Assembly: GCA_028704555.1 (NCBI GenBank)
Contig: JAQWFD010000010.1
Span: 22,992 to 86,991, forward strand
Length of the DNA: 64,000 nt
Direction of reading: 5' to 3'
DNA from: Desulfobacterales bacterium
GTDB lineage: Bacteria > Desulfobacterota > Desulfobacteria > Desulfobacterales > JAQWFD01
Below, piece after piece: positions 20,522 to 30,937 of this stretch. Position numbers and translations under genes: made by a program. How positions within the stretch are numbered: the stretch's first letter is position 1; each line of letters begins with the position of its first letter. Under the pieces are notes generated by a model. The model saw only the letters and a list, made by a program, of their open reading frames with translations, had not been told where the DNA came from and ran no database searches.

Positions 20522-20717
20522 CCCCGGCGTTTCAAAAGTCGAGAATGCGGTAGTGCCAGGGCGTCCACGGGTGAAGCGGTGTTCAGCTGCTGCAACCCCA
20601 TGTCAGAAAAGGAGATACGGCATTATAAATTTTTGCCTTGACCATCGTCTCGGCCACGTTGTCGCGGAACTCCGCAGCAACTTATTCGGAAATATGGCCG
20701 AAGACAGGATCAAGCCC
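20522..20717. repeat. degenerate relative of the MITE family
   Basis: 20635-20717 has diverged termini (GCCTTGACCATCGTCTCGGCCA ... TATGGCCGAAGACAGGATCAAGCCC) like the mini copy at 30938. 20522-20634 shares AATGCGGTAG(T/C)GCCA...GGGTGAA with 39767-39830. No clean target duplication. Confidence 0.5.
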
Positions 20718-20969
20718 CAACTTTCACATCCGGATGTCATTATGAGTCTGTTTTATTCTTCATAATTTTGTTTATACAACCATGGGGTTAAAAATTGCAT
20801 GGAGGAATGGGGAAAAAATTGATATAGATAAGCCGCATGATGATCAGGGGCATGCTTTTTGGTTTTGAAAGTTGTAGGGTTGTCTGATATAGCTTGAAAA
20901 AATGTTTGCGTCAGAAAACTTATCCGGTTATGGCCGGTGATGGATGAATATGAAATGAAGGAGACAACC

Positions 20970-21146
20970 ATGTCGACTATCTCTGAGGAACTGCTTGAAA
21001 TATTGGTTTGCCCGAAATGCAAGGGGGCTGTACATCTTGTCCGGGCTGAAAACGTCCTGGTTTGCGATCGCTGTCGCCTGGCCTATGAAATAAGGGACGG
21101 TATCCCGATTATGCTGATCGAAGAAGCCAGGCGGGTAGAGGAATGA
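20970..21146 (+). CDS. Trm112/YcaR-family small zinc-ribbon protein
   Basis: LLEILVCPKCKG...LVCDRCRLAYEIRDGIPIMLIEEA. The ATG at 20970 is preceded by AAGGAG. The ORF-track start at 20937 is probably too early. Confidence 0.75.
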   Translation: MSTISEELLEILVCPKCKGAVHLVRAENVLVCDRCRLAYEIRDGIPIMLIEEARRVEE

Positions 21147-21150
21147 TCCA

Positions 21151-21723
21151 TTGAGCACACCCAGAGAATCCAAACCGGCGAAACTGGTTATCAGCCTTTT
21201 TATGAAGGACAAAATTCTTATTGAACCCATATCCGCACAACTGGTCGAAAAATTCGGTCCGGTTGATATGATCAGCTCGTGGTTTCCGTTTGATTATACA
21301 TCCTATTATGAGTCTGAGATGGGCACCCCGTTGTTCCGGCGGATGATGGTCTTCAAAACGCTTATCGATCCGTGCGCGTTGCCGGATATCAAGCTTTTTA
21401 CCAATACGGTAGAACACGGCTGCGCCATGGGGGAAAAACGGCAGGTCAATATAGATCCCGGATATCTGGTCCATGAACGGTTCGTACTGGCTACCGGGAA
21501 AAATTATACCCACCGGATTTATATCGGACAAGGAATATATGCCGATCTGACGCTGATCTTTACCCGAGGCGCTTTTCAGACACTGCCGTGGACGTACCCG
21601 GATTATGCCCAGGAGAATCTGAAGGCCTTTCTTGAGCAGGTCCGTAAAAAATATGTACTGGATTTCAAGGAGATAGATGGGATAAAACCCGCTGAAAAAA
21701 CAGGGGATAACATATATGATTAA
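21151..21723 (+). CDS. DUF4416-family protein
   Basis: PAKLVISLF...FGPVDMISSWFPFDYTSYYESEMG resembles DUF4416 proteins. Recognised from memory. TTG start. Confidence 0.55.
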   Translation: MSTPRESKPAKLVISLFMKDKILIEPISAQLVEKFGPVDMISSWFPFDYTSYYESEMGTPLFRRMMVFKTLIDPCALPDIKLFTNTVEHGCAMGEKRQVNIDPGYLVHERFVLATGKNYTHRIYIGQGIYADLTLIFTRGAFQTLPWTYPDYAQENLKAFLEQVRKKYVLDFKEIDGIKPAEKTGDNIYD

Positions 21724-22597
21724 AAGTATGACCGCATTTGCGGCAGTGGAAAAAACCGAAAACCAGCTGACCGTTTCAACGGAAATTCGAACGTACAACA
21801 GCCGGTATCTGGATGTTGTGCTAAGGGTTCCTCAAGGATACGCCAGTCTGGAAGAAAAGATAAAAAATCTGATATCAGAGCATGTGATCCGGGGCCGTGT
21901 TGAAATAAAGCTCGTGATTCAGGACGCCTCGGAGGAAGTTTACGGATTTGAAGTCAACGAAGCCAAAGCCAAAGCCTATATGGGGGCGCTGTCCCGCCTG
22001 AAGGATCTTTTCGGGATCAATACGGATGTAACCCTGGACATGCTGATGGAAAACGGCGGGCTCATCAGGCCCGTCGATATCAGACAGGATCTGGAGGCGT
22101 GCTGGGCGATTGTGCGGGACTGTCTGACCCGGGCACTGATCGATCTGGATGCCATGCGAAAGCGGGAAGGTGATTTTATTGCCCGGGATTTTGCCGGCCG
22201 GCTCGATGATATTCAGCAAAAAGTATGCCGGATTGAAAATGCTTCGGCTGACTTGCTGGCGTTTTACCAGAACCGCCTCCGGGAGCGTATCACCGTTCTG
22301 ACGCAGGGGATGGTGGAGATTGATCCGGGAAGAATTTCGCAGGAAGCGGCGTTTCTGGCAGACCGAAGCGATATTTCGGAAGAAATTACCCGGACGAAAA
22401 GCCATGTGCTGCAGTTTCGGGAGTTGATGGAAATGGATGAACCGGCGGGAAGAAAGCTGAATTTTCTGCTTCAGGAATTGAACCGTGAGTTTAACACGAT
22501 GGGATCAAAGACGGCCAATGCCGCTATATCTCACGTTATCGTCGACGTCAAGTCTGAGCTTGAAAAGATCAGAGAACAGGTTCAGAATATTGAATAG
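21716..22597 (+). CDS. yicC: YicC/YloC-family stress-induced endoribonuclease
   Basis: SMTAFA N-terminus, 293 aa, C-terminal DUF1732-like helix. Conserved yicC-remA-gmk order follows. Confidence 0.8.
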   Translation: MIKSMTAFAAVEKTENQLTVSTEIRTYNSRYLDVVLRVPQGYASLEEKIKNLISEHVIRGRVEIKLVIQDASEEVYGFEVNEAKAKAYMGALSRLKDLFGINTDVTLDMLMENGGLIRPVDIRQDLEACWAIVRDCLTRALIDLDAMRKREGDFIARDFAGRLDDIQQKVCRIENASADLLAFYQNRLRERITVLTQGMVEIDPGRISQEAAFLADRSDISEEITRTKSHVLQFRELMEMDEPAGRKLNFLLQELNREFNTMGSKTANAAISHVIVDVKSELEKIREQVQNIE

Positions 22598-22670
22598 CTT
22601 GCTGCCAGCGGTGAATGCGCCGCTGCGCATCAGATTCTGGTGATAGTCGATACGGGTTTGGGGGGGGGCG

Positions 22671-22925
22671 ATGGAACAGAGGTTGTTGAATATCGGATTT
22701 GGAAGTACGGTGGTTGCCGATCGGGTCGTGGCGATAGTCTCGCCGAATTCCGCGCCCATAAAGCGCCTGAAAGACGAGGCCCGGAATGAAAATCGACTTG
22801 TCGATGCCACTCATGGGCGTCGAACCCGGGCTATTATTGTCATGGACAGCAATCATATTATTCTTTCGGCGATCCAGTCGGAAACCATATCTCAACGGTA
22901 TCAGATAGTGAAGGAATCAAATTGA
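22671..22925 (+). CDS. remA: DUF370 / RemA-family protein
   Basis: [29 protein letters not shown]...[23 protein letters not shown] is the canonical DUF370 sequence. It sits between yicC and gmk. Confidence 0.85.
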   Translation: MEQRLLNIGFGSTVVADRVVAIVSPNSAPIKRLKDEARNENRLVDATHGRRTRAIIVMDSNHIILSAIQSETISQRYQIVKESN

Positions 22926-22958
22926 CCCCGGCGTTGATTTGATGGATCGGTTGAACAA

Positions 22959-23561
22959 ATGGTATTATCCACCAGCAGCATTACTGCAGTCTCAGGTGCC
23001 AGGCAGCGGCGACTGTTTATAATATCCGCCCCCTCCGGTGCGGGCAAGACGACCCTGTGCCGGGCCGTATTGGGCCGGTTTCCGGATATGCAGTATTCCA
23101 TATCCCATACCACCCGGTCGCCCCGTAAAGGAGAAAAAGACGGGGTGGACTATTATTTTACTTCAATACAAGCGTTTGAATCCGGCATAAAGCAGCACAA
23201 GTGGGCCGAATGGGCACGGGTATATGACAATTACTACGGGACATCCGCTGAATTTATTGATGCCCGGATTAAGGCCGGCAATGACGTGCTGCTGGATATA
23301 GATGTGCAGGGGGCCTCACAGATTATCCGACGATATCCTGCGTGTGTAACCATTTTTATCATGCCGCCGTCATTGGAGAGCCTCAGAGAGCGGCTGGTGA
23401 CCCGTGAGACAGACAGCAGCGAGGTTATTGAGAAACGGCTGAAAATCGCTGTGGATGAAATAAGCCGGAGAAATTTATATCGTCATGTCATCGTCAATGA
23501 CAAGTTGCCGGATGCCGTTGCTGAACTGGTCTCCATTATCGAAATGTATCGTTTAAACTAA
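22959..23561 (+). CDS. gmk: guanylate kinase
   Basis: P-loop SAPSGAGKTTL and TTRSPRKGEKDGVDYYF. Confidence 0.9.
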   Translation: MVLSTSSITAVSGARQRRLFIISAPSGAGKTTLCRAVLGRFPDMQYSISHTTRSPRKGEKDGVDYYFTSIQAFESGIKQHKWAEWARVYDNYYGTSAEFIDARIKAGNDVLLDIDVQGASQIIRRYPACVTIFIMPPSLESLRERLVTRETDSSEVIEKRLKIAVDEISRRNLYRHVIVNDKLPDAVAELVSIIEMYRLN

Positions 23562-23570
23562 CACCCCTCG

Positions 23571-24368
23571 ATGAATTCGCAACTTCGTTCCGGAAAACAG
23601 ATAAGGACAGATGTGAAAAAAACAGAGTTGATTTATGGCTTTCATCCGGTAAACGAGGCACTGAAGGCGGCTCGAAGGCAGATTTATAAACTGTTTCTGG
23701 CAAAGGATAAAAAGGCGGAACGCTATGAAAGCCTTGTAACGACGGCGCGTGCGCTTGGCATTTTTGTCGAAATGGTGAATGCCTCGCAGCTGGCTCATAT
23801 GGCCGGATCTGATGCTCATCAGGGAATCGGGGCGGAAACAGGCCCGTATCCGTTCGCTCAGCTTTCCGACATTACCGATGTCCCGGAATTTATTGCTTCC
23901 AATCCGTTTTTACTGCTGCTTGATAATGTGCTGGATCCCCACAATCTCGGCGCGCTGGTCAGAACGGCGTTATGTGCCGGCGTAAATGGGGTTGTAATTC
24001 CCAAAGACCGGGCGGCCGCACCGACGCCGCTGGTATCCAAAACATCCGCAGGCGCCATCGAGCATGTCAGGATTGCCCGGGTTACCAATATGGCCAGCAC
24101 GATCAATTCGTTGAAGGAAAGCGGACTCTGGATAGCCGGGATGGATAAATCCGCTGAAAAGAGTATCTTTGACAGCAATTTGAGCGGGCCAACCGCTGTC
24201 GTTATTGGCGGCGAGGAAAACGGTATACGTCCTCTGGTGAAAAAACAATGCGATTTTTTGATGTCAATTCCTCAGATCGGGCAGTTTGATTCTCTCAATG
24301 CCTCTGTGGCCGGTGCGGTTGTGTTATATGAAACATTCAGGCAGCGCCATGTCCATCAGCAGCTCTGA
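23571..24368 (+). CDS. rlmB: 23S rRNA (guanosine-2'-O)-methyltransferase, SpoU/TrmH family
   Basis: DPHNLGALVRTA, GGEENGIRP and SLNASVAGAVVLYE SpoU motifs, with an N-terminal substrate-binding domain. Confidence 0.75.
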   Translation: MNSQLRSGKQIRTDVKKTELIYGFHPVNEALKAARRQIYKLFLAKDKKAERYESLVTTARALGIFVEMVNASQLAHMAGSDAHQGIGAETGPYPFAQLSDITDVPEFIASNPFLLLLDNVLDPHNLGALVRTALCAGVNGVVIPKDRAAAPTPLVSKTSAGAIEHVRIARVTNMASTINSLKESGLWIAGMDKSAEKSIFDSNLSGPTAVVIGGEENGIRPLVKKQCDFLMSIPQIGQFDSLNASVAGAVVLYETFRQRHVHQQL

Positions 24369-24643
24369 CAGGATTTGCCTTGTACGGGACTGTCTCTCGC
24401 GTTTGCTGAAACAGTGCCTGGACGAAAACAATACTTTTTTAAGCCATCATCAATACCCCGCTTGAAATAAGCTGATTCATCTGCAGTGATCATCATTTGT
24501 CATGTATTTCCGGGTATGGGGGGAATCGTCCGAATCAGGGGCGTGGAAAACCATATATTCCGGCTGAGCCCCCCTTAATACAAATAGACCGGGGGCCCGA
24601 TACCCGGTATCGGGTAACTCCGTTTAAGCAAAGGACTTTTGCC

Positions 24644-25879
24644 ATGAACCAGAAACATTCAGACATCATACGAAAGCATGAAGACGGGACGCTGGATGTT
24701 CCGCTATGCCCCGTTATTCCGTTTATCGAAGGAGACGGGATCGGTCAGGATATATGGCCGGTTACCCGAAAAATAATCGACTGTGCGGTCAACGCGGCGT
24801 ACGGGGATCAGCGGAAAATATCCTGGACTGAAATTTATGCGGGTGAAAAGGCCTTCCGGCAGACCGGGCAGTGGCTGCCCGAACGTACGCTTGACGCCAT
24901 CCGAACCCATGTGGTGGCCATTAAAGGCCCCTTAACCACTCCGATTGGCGAAGGAATCCGGAGTCTCAATGTCGCCATACGGCAGAAGCTCGATCTGTAT
25001 GCCTGCGTACGACCGGTCAGATATATCGATCCGGTTCCCAGTCCGATGAAGCGGCCCTGGAACGTCGATATGGTCATTTTCCGCGAAAATACGGAAGATG
25101 TCTATGCCGGGATCGAATGGGAGGCTTCAAGCGCGGATGCCTTGAGGGTGATTTCTTTTCTTGAAAAAGAGATGGGCATAAGTCTGCCTGAAGATTCCGG
25201 AATCGGAATCAAGCCCATCAGCCAAAGAAATTCCAAACGCCTGGTTGCCCGCGCTATTGCCTATGCCATCGAGCACCGGCTGCCGAGTGTCACGTTGATG
25301 CACAAGGGCAATATCATGAAATTTACGGAAGGCGCGTTCAGCCGGTGGGGGTATGAGATCGCCAGGGAAAAATTCGGTGACAGGACCATTACCGAAAAAG
25401 AATTGTTTGAAACATATCACGGAAAGCCGCCCGAGGGCAGGGTGGTGATCAAAGACCGGATTGCCGACATGATGTTTCAGCAGGTGCTGCTCAGGCCGGA
25501 AGAATACCATGTCATTGCGACTCCGAACCTGAACGGGGATTATCTGTCAGATGCGCTTGCCGCACAGATCGGAGGACTTGGGATGGCCCCCGGAGCCAAC
25601 ATCGGGGATGAATGTGCCGTATTTGAAGCGACTCACGGAACGGTTCCCAAGTATGCCGGCCTGGATAAGGTCAATCCGTGTTCGCTGATACTGTCTGCCG
25701 TTATGATGCTCGATTATCTGGGCTGGGCACCGGCGGCGGAACTGATCCGGCAGGCGCTTCAGACGACAATTAAAGACAATACCGTGACCTATGACCTTGC
25801 CCGACAGATCAAAGGGGCAACAGAAGTAAAGTGTTCCGAATTTGCTGACAACATTATCCGCCATATTCAAACCGAATAA
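24644..25879 (+). CDS. icd: NADP-dependent isocitrate dehydrogenase
   Basis: [27 protein letters not shown] and the rest of the homodimeric IDH signature. The ATG at 24644 (MNQKHSD) fits family length. The ORF-track start at 24497 adds a non-homologous extension. Confidence 0.9.
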   Translation: MNQKHSDIIRKHEDGTLDVPLCPVIPFIEGDGIGQDIWPVTRKIIDCAVNAAYGDQRKISWTEIYAGEKAFRQTGQWLPERTLDAIRTHVVAIKGPLTTPIGEGIRSLNVAIRQKLDLYACVRPVRYIDPVPSPMKRPWNVDMVIFRENTEDVYAGIEWEASSADALRVISFLEKEMGISLPEDSGIGIKPISQRNSKRLVARAIAYAIEHRLPSVTLMHKGNIMKFTEGAFSRWGYEIAREKFGDRTITEKELFETYHGKPPEGRVVIKDRIADMMFQQVLLRPEEYHVIATPNLNGDYLSDALAAQIGGLGMAPGANIGDECAVFEATHGTVPKYAGLDKVNPCSLILSAVMMLDYLGWAPAAELIRQALQTTIKDNTVTYDLARQIKGATEVKCSEFADNIIRHIQTE

Positions 25880-26717
25880 GGATCGGGTCGATCTGGTCAG
25901 CCGATCGATCAGGCAGGCACTGTTTCCGATACGGTGCCTGTCCTGTGGTTGCCTGTTTCATCCGCGGCCGCACCCCGATGGGGGTGTGCTGACCAGTGCC
26001 CTGAGTGAAAATGGATTGCCCGAAAATGGCATCAACCTGTTTTCAGTATCCATATCGCCGTTTGTGTGCCCCGGGTGCCTGGAGCATATTGAGCCGGTTG
26101 CATCTCCTGTTTGCAGCGTATGCGGGGTGATGTTCCCGAGCCGGGAAGGAGTGGACCATATATGTCAGCAATGTATCGAATCCCCGGCGCATTACGGCCG
26201 TGCCCGGGCGGCCGGGGTATATGACCGGACGCTGATGAAACTGATTCACAGCCTCAAATATAAAGGAAAAATCCAGCTGGCGGACCCGCTTGGCATGCTC
26301 CTTTTTTTTGCGTTCATCCGCTTCTGGGAGCAGGACTCGGTCGATATGGTCATTCCGGTGCCGCTTCATTTAAAACGGTTCAGAACCAGGGGCTTTAACC
26401 AGGCGTTTTTGCTGATCCGTAACTGGCGATCCTTTGCAGAATCCATGAAAATGGAACTGCCCCGTCTGGAGATCAGAACCGATATCGTGACACGATGCAG
26501 ATGGACCGATCCACAGACAACGCTTGACCGCAGACAGCGGAAGAAAAATATCGCCAAAGCATTCCGTGTTACGGGAAAAACAATGCTCAGGGGAAAGAAA
26601 ATTCTTCTGGTCGATGACGTGTACACCACCGGCGCCACCGTCAATGAATGTGCCAGACAGCTGATTCGCTCAGGCGCACGTCAGGTTGATGTGCTGACAC
26701 TGGCGCGGACCATGTGA
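25842..26717 (+). CDS. comF: ComF-family phosphoribosyltransferase-domain protein
   Basis: N-terminal Cys pairs (CLSCGC, CPGC, CSVCG, CQQC) and C-terminal PRTase loop [13 protein letters not shown]. Start uncertain: the TTG start overlaps the icd end. Confidence 0.7.
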   Translation: MLTTLSAIFKPNKDRVDLVSRSIRQALFPIRCLSCGCLFHPRPHPDGGVLTSALSENGLPENGINLFSVSISPFVCPGCLEHIEPVASPVCSVCGVMFPSREGVDHICQQCIESPAHYGRARAAGVYDRTLMKLIHSLKYKGKIQLADPLGMLLFFAFIRFWEQDSVDMVIPVPLHLKRFRTRGFNQAFLLIRNWRSFAESMKMELPRLEIRTDIVTRCRWTDPQTTLDRRQRKKNIAKAFRVTGKTMLRGKKILLVDDVYTTGATVNECARQLIRSGARQVDVLTLARTM

Positions 26718-26723
26718 CCTCTG

Positions 26724-26763
26724 CTCAGAGATCAGAGGCCAGAAGTCGGAAGGCAGAAGACAG
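26724..26763 (+). repeat. imperfect heptamer tandem repeat (CAGARNN, about 6 units)
   Basis: ctcagag atcagag gccagaa gtcggaa ggcagaa gacag fills the comF-pgeF spacer and runs into the pgeF ATG. Confidence 0.8.
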
Positions 26764-27555
26764 ATGAAAGATAACCAGCAAATGATTTTACAGCATTATC
26801 GGCAAGTGCCGTTTTTTCAGTTTGCGGATCTTGCGAGGTTTTCCGGCATTGTCCACGGGGTGTTTACGCGGCGCGGGGGCGTCAGCAGATCGCCGTTTGA
26901 CAGCCTGAACGTCAGCCTCCGCGCGGGCGATGACGAGGCGTGTGTGCTGCGCAATCGCGCAATTGTCGCTGAATGTATGCGCGCCGATGATCTGGTGTTT
27001 ATCAACCAGGTTCATGAGGCCGATGTTATCGTTTTTAAACGGGATGATCCACTGAACGATGCCGGAACATCCGGTGGTGCTGTCACCGGAGATGCCATGA
27101 TTTCCAATGTGCCAGGTAAAATGCTGTGCATACAGGCAGCCGACTGCCAGCCGGTGTTGTTGCATGATCCGGTCGCACAGGCGGTAGCCAATATTCACAG
27201 TGGATGGCGGGGGAGCATACAAAATATCATCGGTCGGACCATTCGCTCAATGGAAGAAAATTTCGGTTGCAAGCCTTCGGATATTGTGGCAGGAATTGGC
27301 CCGTCGCTGGGTCCGTGCTGTGCTGAATTTATTCATTACAGAAAAGAGCTCCCGAAATCGTTCTGGAAATTTAAAAACGATTCACAATGTTTCGATTTCT
27401 GGGCCGCGAGCCGTCATCAGCTTGAAGATGCCGGTATACGCTCCGGTAACATAGCCACCAGCACGATCTGTACCCGGTGCCGTACGGACCTGTTTTTTTC
27501 ATACCGGGCAGAAAAGCGGACCGGAAGATTTGCCGCTGTGATTGGTCGCCGATAA
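26764..27555 (+). CDS. pgeF: peptidoglycan editing factor PgeF (YfiH/DUF152)
   Basis: NIHSGWRGS and GPCCAEF motifs of the YfiH/laccase-domain family. Confidence 0.8.
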   Translation: MKDNQQMILQHYRQVPFFQFADLARFSGIVHGVFTRRGGVSRSPFDSLNVSLRAGDDEACVLRNRAIVAECMRADDLVFINQVHEADVIVFKRDDPLNDAGTSGGAVTGDAMISNVPGKMLCIQAADCQPVLLHDPVAQAVANIHSGWRGSIQNIIGRTIRSMEENFGCKPSDIVAGIGPSLGPCCAEFIHYRKELPKSFWKFKNDSQCFDFWAASRHQLEDAGIRSGNIATSTICTRCRTDLFFSYRAEKRTGRFAAVIGRR

Positions 27556-27570
27556 AAAGGAGATAGCGCA

Positions 27571-28368
27571 ATGCGCCAGGAAAATGTGACTGTTTTGTGG
27601 AACCGGCCGATACGGCCTTTTTATTATAAAATCGGCCTGAGATGCAGCGAAGCGTTTGCCGGGGCTCAGCCGGGTCAGTTTGTCATGCTTCATCTGCCGG
27701 ATCAGATTGCACCCCTGCTTCGCCGGCCGTTTTCCATTCACAGACCACTCCTGTCAGGCAAAACCTTTGAGGGGATTGAAATTCTTTATAAGGTGGCAGG
27801 TGAGGGGACCCGTAAGCTTGCCGCCTGCAGGGAGCATGATGGGGTCAATATTCTCGGTCCTTTGGGCAACGGGTTTTTAATTCCGGATACGGCCCGGCGA
27901 ATCGTTCTGGTTGCCGGCGGAATCGGAGTTGCCCCGCTGTATTTTCTGGCCATGTCTCTGCGGCAGTGTACGGATGGATTTTCTGGCTGCAGGCTGCTCC
28001 TCGGTGGCAGATCCGCGGACGATCTGCTGTGTAAAGATGATTTTATCAAGCTTGGGATGCCGATCAGCGTGATCACCGATGATGGCAGCGAAGGGGACCG
28101 GGGGCTGGTTACCGATCTGCTGGAAACGGGTTTGATAAATGACCGTCCGGATCTGGTTTGCGCGTGCGGGCCCCTTCCCATGTTAAAGAAGGTTGCACGG
28201 CTTGCCATACGCTGTTCCGTGACTTGCCTGATTTCTCTGGAATCGCATATGGCCTGCGGAATCGGAGCCTGCCTGGGGTGTGCGGTCGAGGCTGCCGATT
28301 CATCCGGTAACTATTACCATGTCTGTAAGGATGGACCGGTGTTTGACGCGAGTCTGCTGAAATTATGA
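27571..28368 (+). CDS. PyrK-like FAD/[2Fe-2S] electron-transfer subunit (ferredoxin-reductase type)
   Basis: RRPFSI, GGIGVAPL, and C-terminal MACGIGACLGCAV...VCKDGPVF cysteine cluster as in PyrK. No pyrD partner is adjacent. Confidence 0.7.
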   Translation: MRQENVTVLWNRPIRPFYYKIGLRCSEAFAGAQPGQFVMLHLPDQIAPLLRRPFSIHRPLLSGKTFEGIEILYKVAGEGTRKLAACREHDGVNILGPLGNGFLIPDTARRIVLVAGGIGVAPLYFLAMSLRQCTDGFSGCRLLLGGRSADDLLCKDDFIKLGMPISVITDDGSEGDRGLVTDLLETGLINDRPDLVCACGPLPMLKKVARLAIRCSVTCLISLESHMACGIGACLGCAVEAADSSGNYYHVCKDGPVFDASLLKL

Positions 28369-28474
28369 ATTCTGCCATACCATATTGACTGCGAAATCAA
28401 TGACAGTGATCCTCCTGCCGCAGAGCGGCAGGAGGATCACTCTGCCGAATCAGTTTCCAGACGTCTGAAAATCC

Positions 28475-28728
28475 GGGCTTGATCATAACTGCGGCCACAA
28501 TGTCACGGGGCCCGTCCCGCCCCTTGCCGGCTTCTCCAGCACGATCCGGGGGATGCCGGGCCCATGAATCTAAAGCGCAAAAACTCGGCAAGCCTCAAAC
28601 CGTTTGCGCTTCTTAACGCTTCATGGTCCCGGCATCTTTTCCCCGGATCGCGCCATGTCGTACACCGGCAACGGACGGGACTTCAAGGCTACGCACAGCA
28701 AAATATGGCCGCAGTTATGATCAAGCCC
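28475..28728. mobile_element. palindromic MITE, long class, copy B (inverted relative to copy A)
   Basis: Same termini as copy A. Perfect 8-bp flanking duplication GAAAATCC (28467-28474 and 28729-28736). Confidence 0.9.
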
Positions 28729-28981
28729 GAAAATCCCTTCCGTGGAACAACTTTATTCAGTAAATAATACCCGTGGATAAATTTATAATAAAAATCTATC
28801 CAGCCGTGACTTGTTGAACAATATCGCATATAATTATATGAAAAATATTTATTTACAGCGGGTTAGCTGTTTGCCATAGTTTTACTATGGCAGGGTAATG
28901 GTAGGCTTTAAAAAATCAAAATTACATTGACTTGCCAAACATGCTGTGTTATTGGCATTAACTTAAAAAGGCGTTTCTTGT

Positions 28982-29200
28982 ATGAAACGAAAAAACAGGC
29001 GCTATCTGAAAGATATCGCATATTTCAGTAGTCTTGGATTATCAATAGCGCTTTCAATCTTTATTGGACTGGGCATCGGGGTCTACCTGGACAAAAAATT
29101 TGATACGAGTCCATGGCTGACGCTGATTTTTCTGATTCTGGGTATTATCGCAGGGTTCAGGAATATCGCCATTGCGATCAGGAAAAGCAGAGACTTCTAG
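28982..29200 (+). CDS. atpZ: AtpZ/ATPase_gene1-family small membrane protein
   Basis: 72 aa, two TM helices, FSSLGLSIALSIFIGLGIGVYLDKKF. First gene of the F0 operon. Confidence 0.7.
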   Translation: MKRKNRRYLKDIAYFSSLGLSIALSIFIGLGIGVYLDKKFDTSPWLTLIFLILGIIAGFRNIAIAIRKSRDF

Positions 29201-29613
29201 CGGATGTTAAAAAGGACGGGCCTACGTTGATTATACAGAATCGGTTGGTGAAATTCATCACATACACAAACTGGATTCTTTTTTTTGCTGCCTGTGCCGT
29301 CGGATACGGGTTTGCTCCCCCGTCTTTTGCCAGGGGAATTTTATTTGGGGGGCTTATCGTAACAATAAATTTTCATCTGCTTGCGAGAACATTGAAATCG
29401 GCGCTGACGCCCCCTCATCTGGCGCCTGTCAGGGTAGTGATCGGCAAATATTATATTCGTTTTATCATAAGCGGATTTATCATATTTCTGCTTATGGCGT
29501 GGCATATTGTTGATCCCCTTGGTCTCATAATCGGGCTTTCGGTTGTCGTGGTCAGTATTATCATTGCAACCGTACTGGAATTAAAAAAACTCATATTAAA
29601 GGAGGCATTGTAA
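29113..29613 (+). CDS. atpI: ATP synthase protein I
   Basis: Hydrophobic about 130-aa core directly upstream of atpB. Start uncertain: the ORF-track start overlaps atpZ by 88 nt, and a TTG at 29227 is a plausible alternative. Confidence 0.55.
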   Translation: MADADFSDSGYYRRVQEYRHCDQEKQRLLADVKKDGPTLIIQNRLVKFITYTNWILFFAACAVGYGFAPPSFARGILFGGLIVTINFHLLARTLKSALTPPHLAPVRVVIGKYYIRFIISGFIIFLLMAWHIVDPLGLIIGLSVVVVSIIIATVLELKKLILKEAL

Positions 29614-29614
29614 G

Positions 29615-30304
29615 GTGGAACATCCCTATCTGTTTTTAGTCAAATTTTTTGAGTTAATCGGGCTGGGGCATTTTGTCCATAGCAATGTCCATGTCGTTTA
29701 CTCATGGGTGGTTATGATCCTTATTATTGGCTTCGGTTACGTTGCCGCCAAAGGAGCAAGCTTAATACCTTCGAAAGGGCAGAATGTATTAGAGGTTCTG
29801 GTATCAGGGCTCGAAGACTTCATGGTCGATGTTACCGGGGAAGAAGGACGTTGGTTTTTCCCGATCATCGCTACGATTTTTATCTATATTTTTGTCTGTA
29901 ACCTGATAGGTATGGTTCCGGGATTTTTCCCCCCCACCGCCGACCTGAACACAACGCTGTCAATGGCCCTTCCTGTTTTTGTGTTTACCCATGTTATCGG
30001 CGTAAAATATCATGGGGCCAAATACGTGAAACATTTCTTAGGACCCGTCTGGTGGATGACTCCCCTTATATTTCCCATCGAACTTATCGGTCATTTTGCA
30101 CGGGTGCTTTCACTCTCCTTCCGTCTTTTCGGAAATATGATGGGCCATGAACTGGTTCTGGGAATTTTATTCGCGCTGGCAGGTGTTTTTTTTGCACCGC
30201 TGCCGATCATGGCACTGGGTGTGTTTGTCGCACTGGTACAGGCCTTTGTCTTTTTTCTTCTTGCAATCCTGTATTTTTCAGGGGCGATGGAACATGCGCA
30301 TTAA
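29615..30304 (+). CDS. atpB: ATP synthase F0 subunit a
   Basis: LSLSFRLFGNMMGHE with the conserved essential Arg. 229 aa, multi-TM. Confidence 0.9.
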   Translation: MEHPYLFLVKFFELIGLGHFVHSNVHVVYSWVVMILIIGFGYVAAKGASLIPSKGQNVLEVLVSGLEDFMVDVTGEEGRWFFPIIATIFIYIFVCNLIGMVPGFFPPTADLNTTLSMALPVFVFTHVIGVKYHGAKYVKHFLGPVWWMTPLIFPIELIGHFARVLSLSFRLFGNMMGHELVLGILFALAGVFFAPLPIMALGVFVALVQAFVFFLLAILYFSGAMEHAH

Positions 30305-30390
30305 TCGCGTGTGAATGTTGAAGCATTACAGTATGGATGCACTGTTTTTGATAATGGGAAACCTGGAAGAAGCAAACTAGTAAATTTTAA

Positions 30391-30690
<300 letters not shown>

Positions 30691-30720
30691 AGCAATACGC
30701 GAAAAACTGATAATGAAATG

Positions 30721-30759
30721 AAACAGGGTTGGTCCCGAAAAGGGGTCAGCCCTGTTTTA
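30721..30759 (+). terminator. rho-independent terminator after atpE
   Basis: 13-bp stem CAGGGTTGGTCCC / GGGGTCAGCCCTG with loop GAAAA, followed by TTTT. Confidence 0.7.
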
Positions 30760-30937
30760 GTCTGTGGGGGGGCAATTTGATGCCATGACCATGGACTTTT
30801 TGTTTTTTCGATTTAAATTTGATGGGTTATGGATACATCAGAATCGAAATCAGAAAATTGAGGATGGTGAAATATAATTCAAATTGATCCATAGGGGGTG
30901 AAGGTGTTACGATTGAGCCATCCCTGACTGAAACCTG

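Noticed and set aside
20424-20765. 113-aa ORF in the hldD/ycaR-like divergent region.
   Set aside because: It is composed largely of degenerate repeat sequence, has a GTG start without an RBS, and has no recognisable family.
28765-28800. CGTGGATAA (one mismatch to the DnaA box) and a TGGATA/TATCCA inverted repeat upstream of the atp operon.
   Set aside because: It is a single isolated site far from dnaA. One near-consensus 9-mer is expected by chance in 64 kb.
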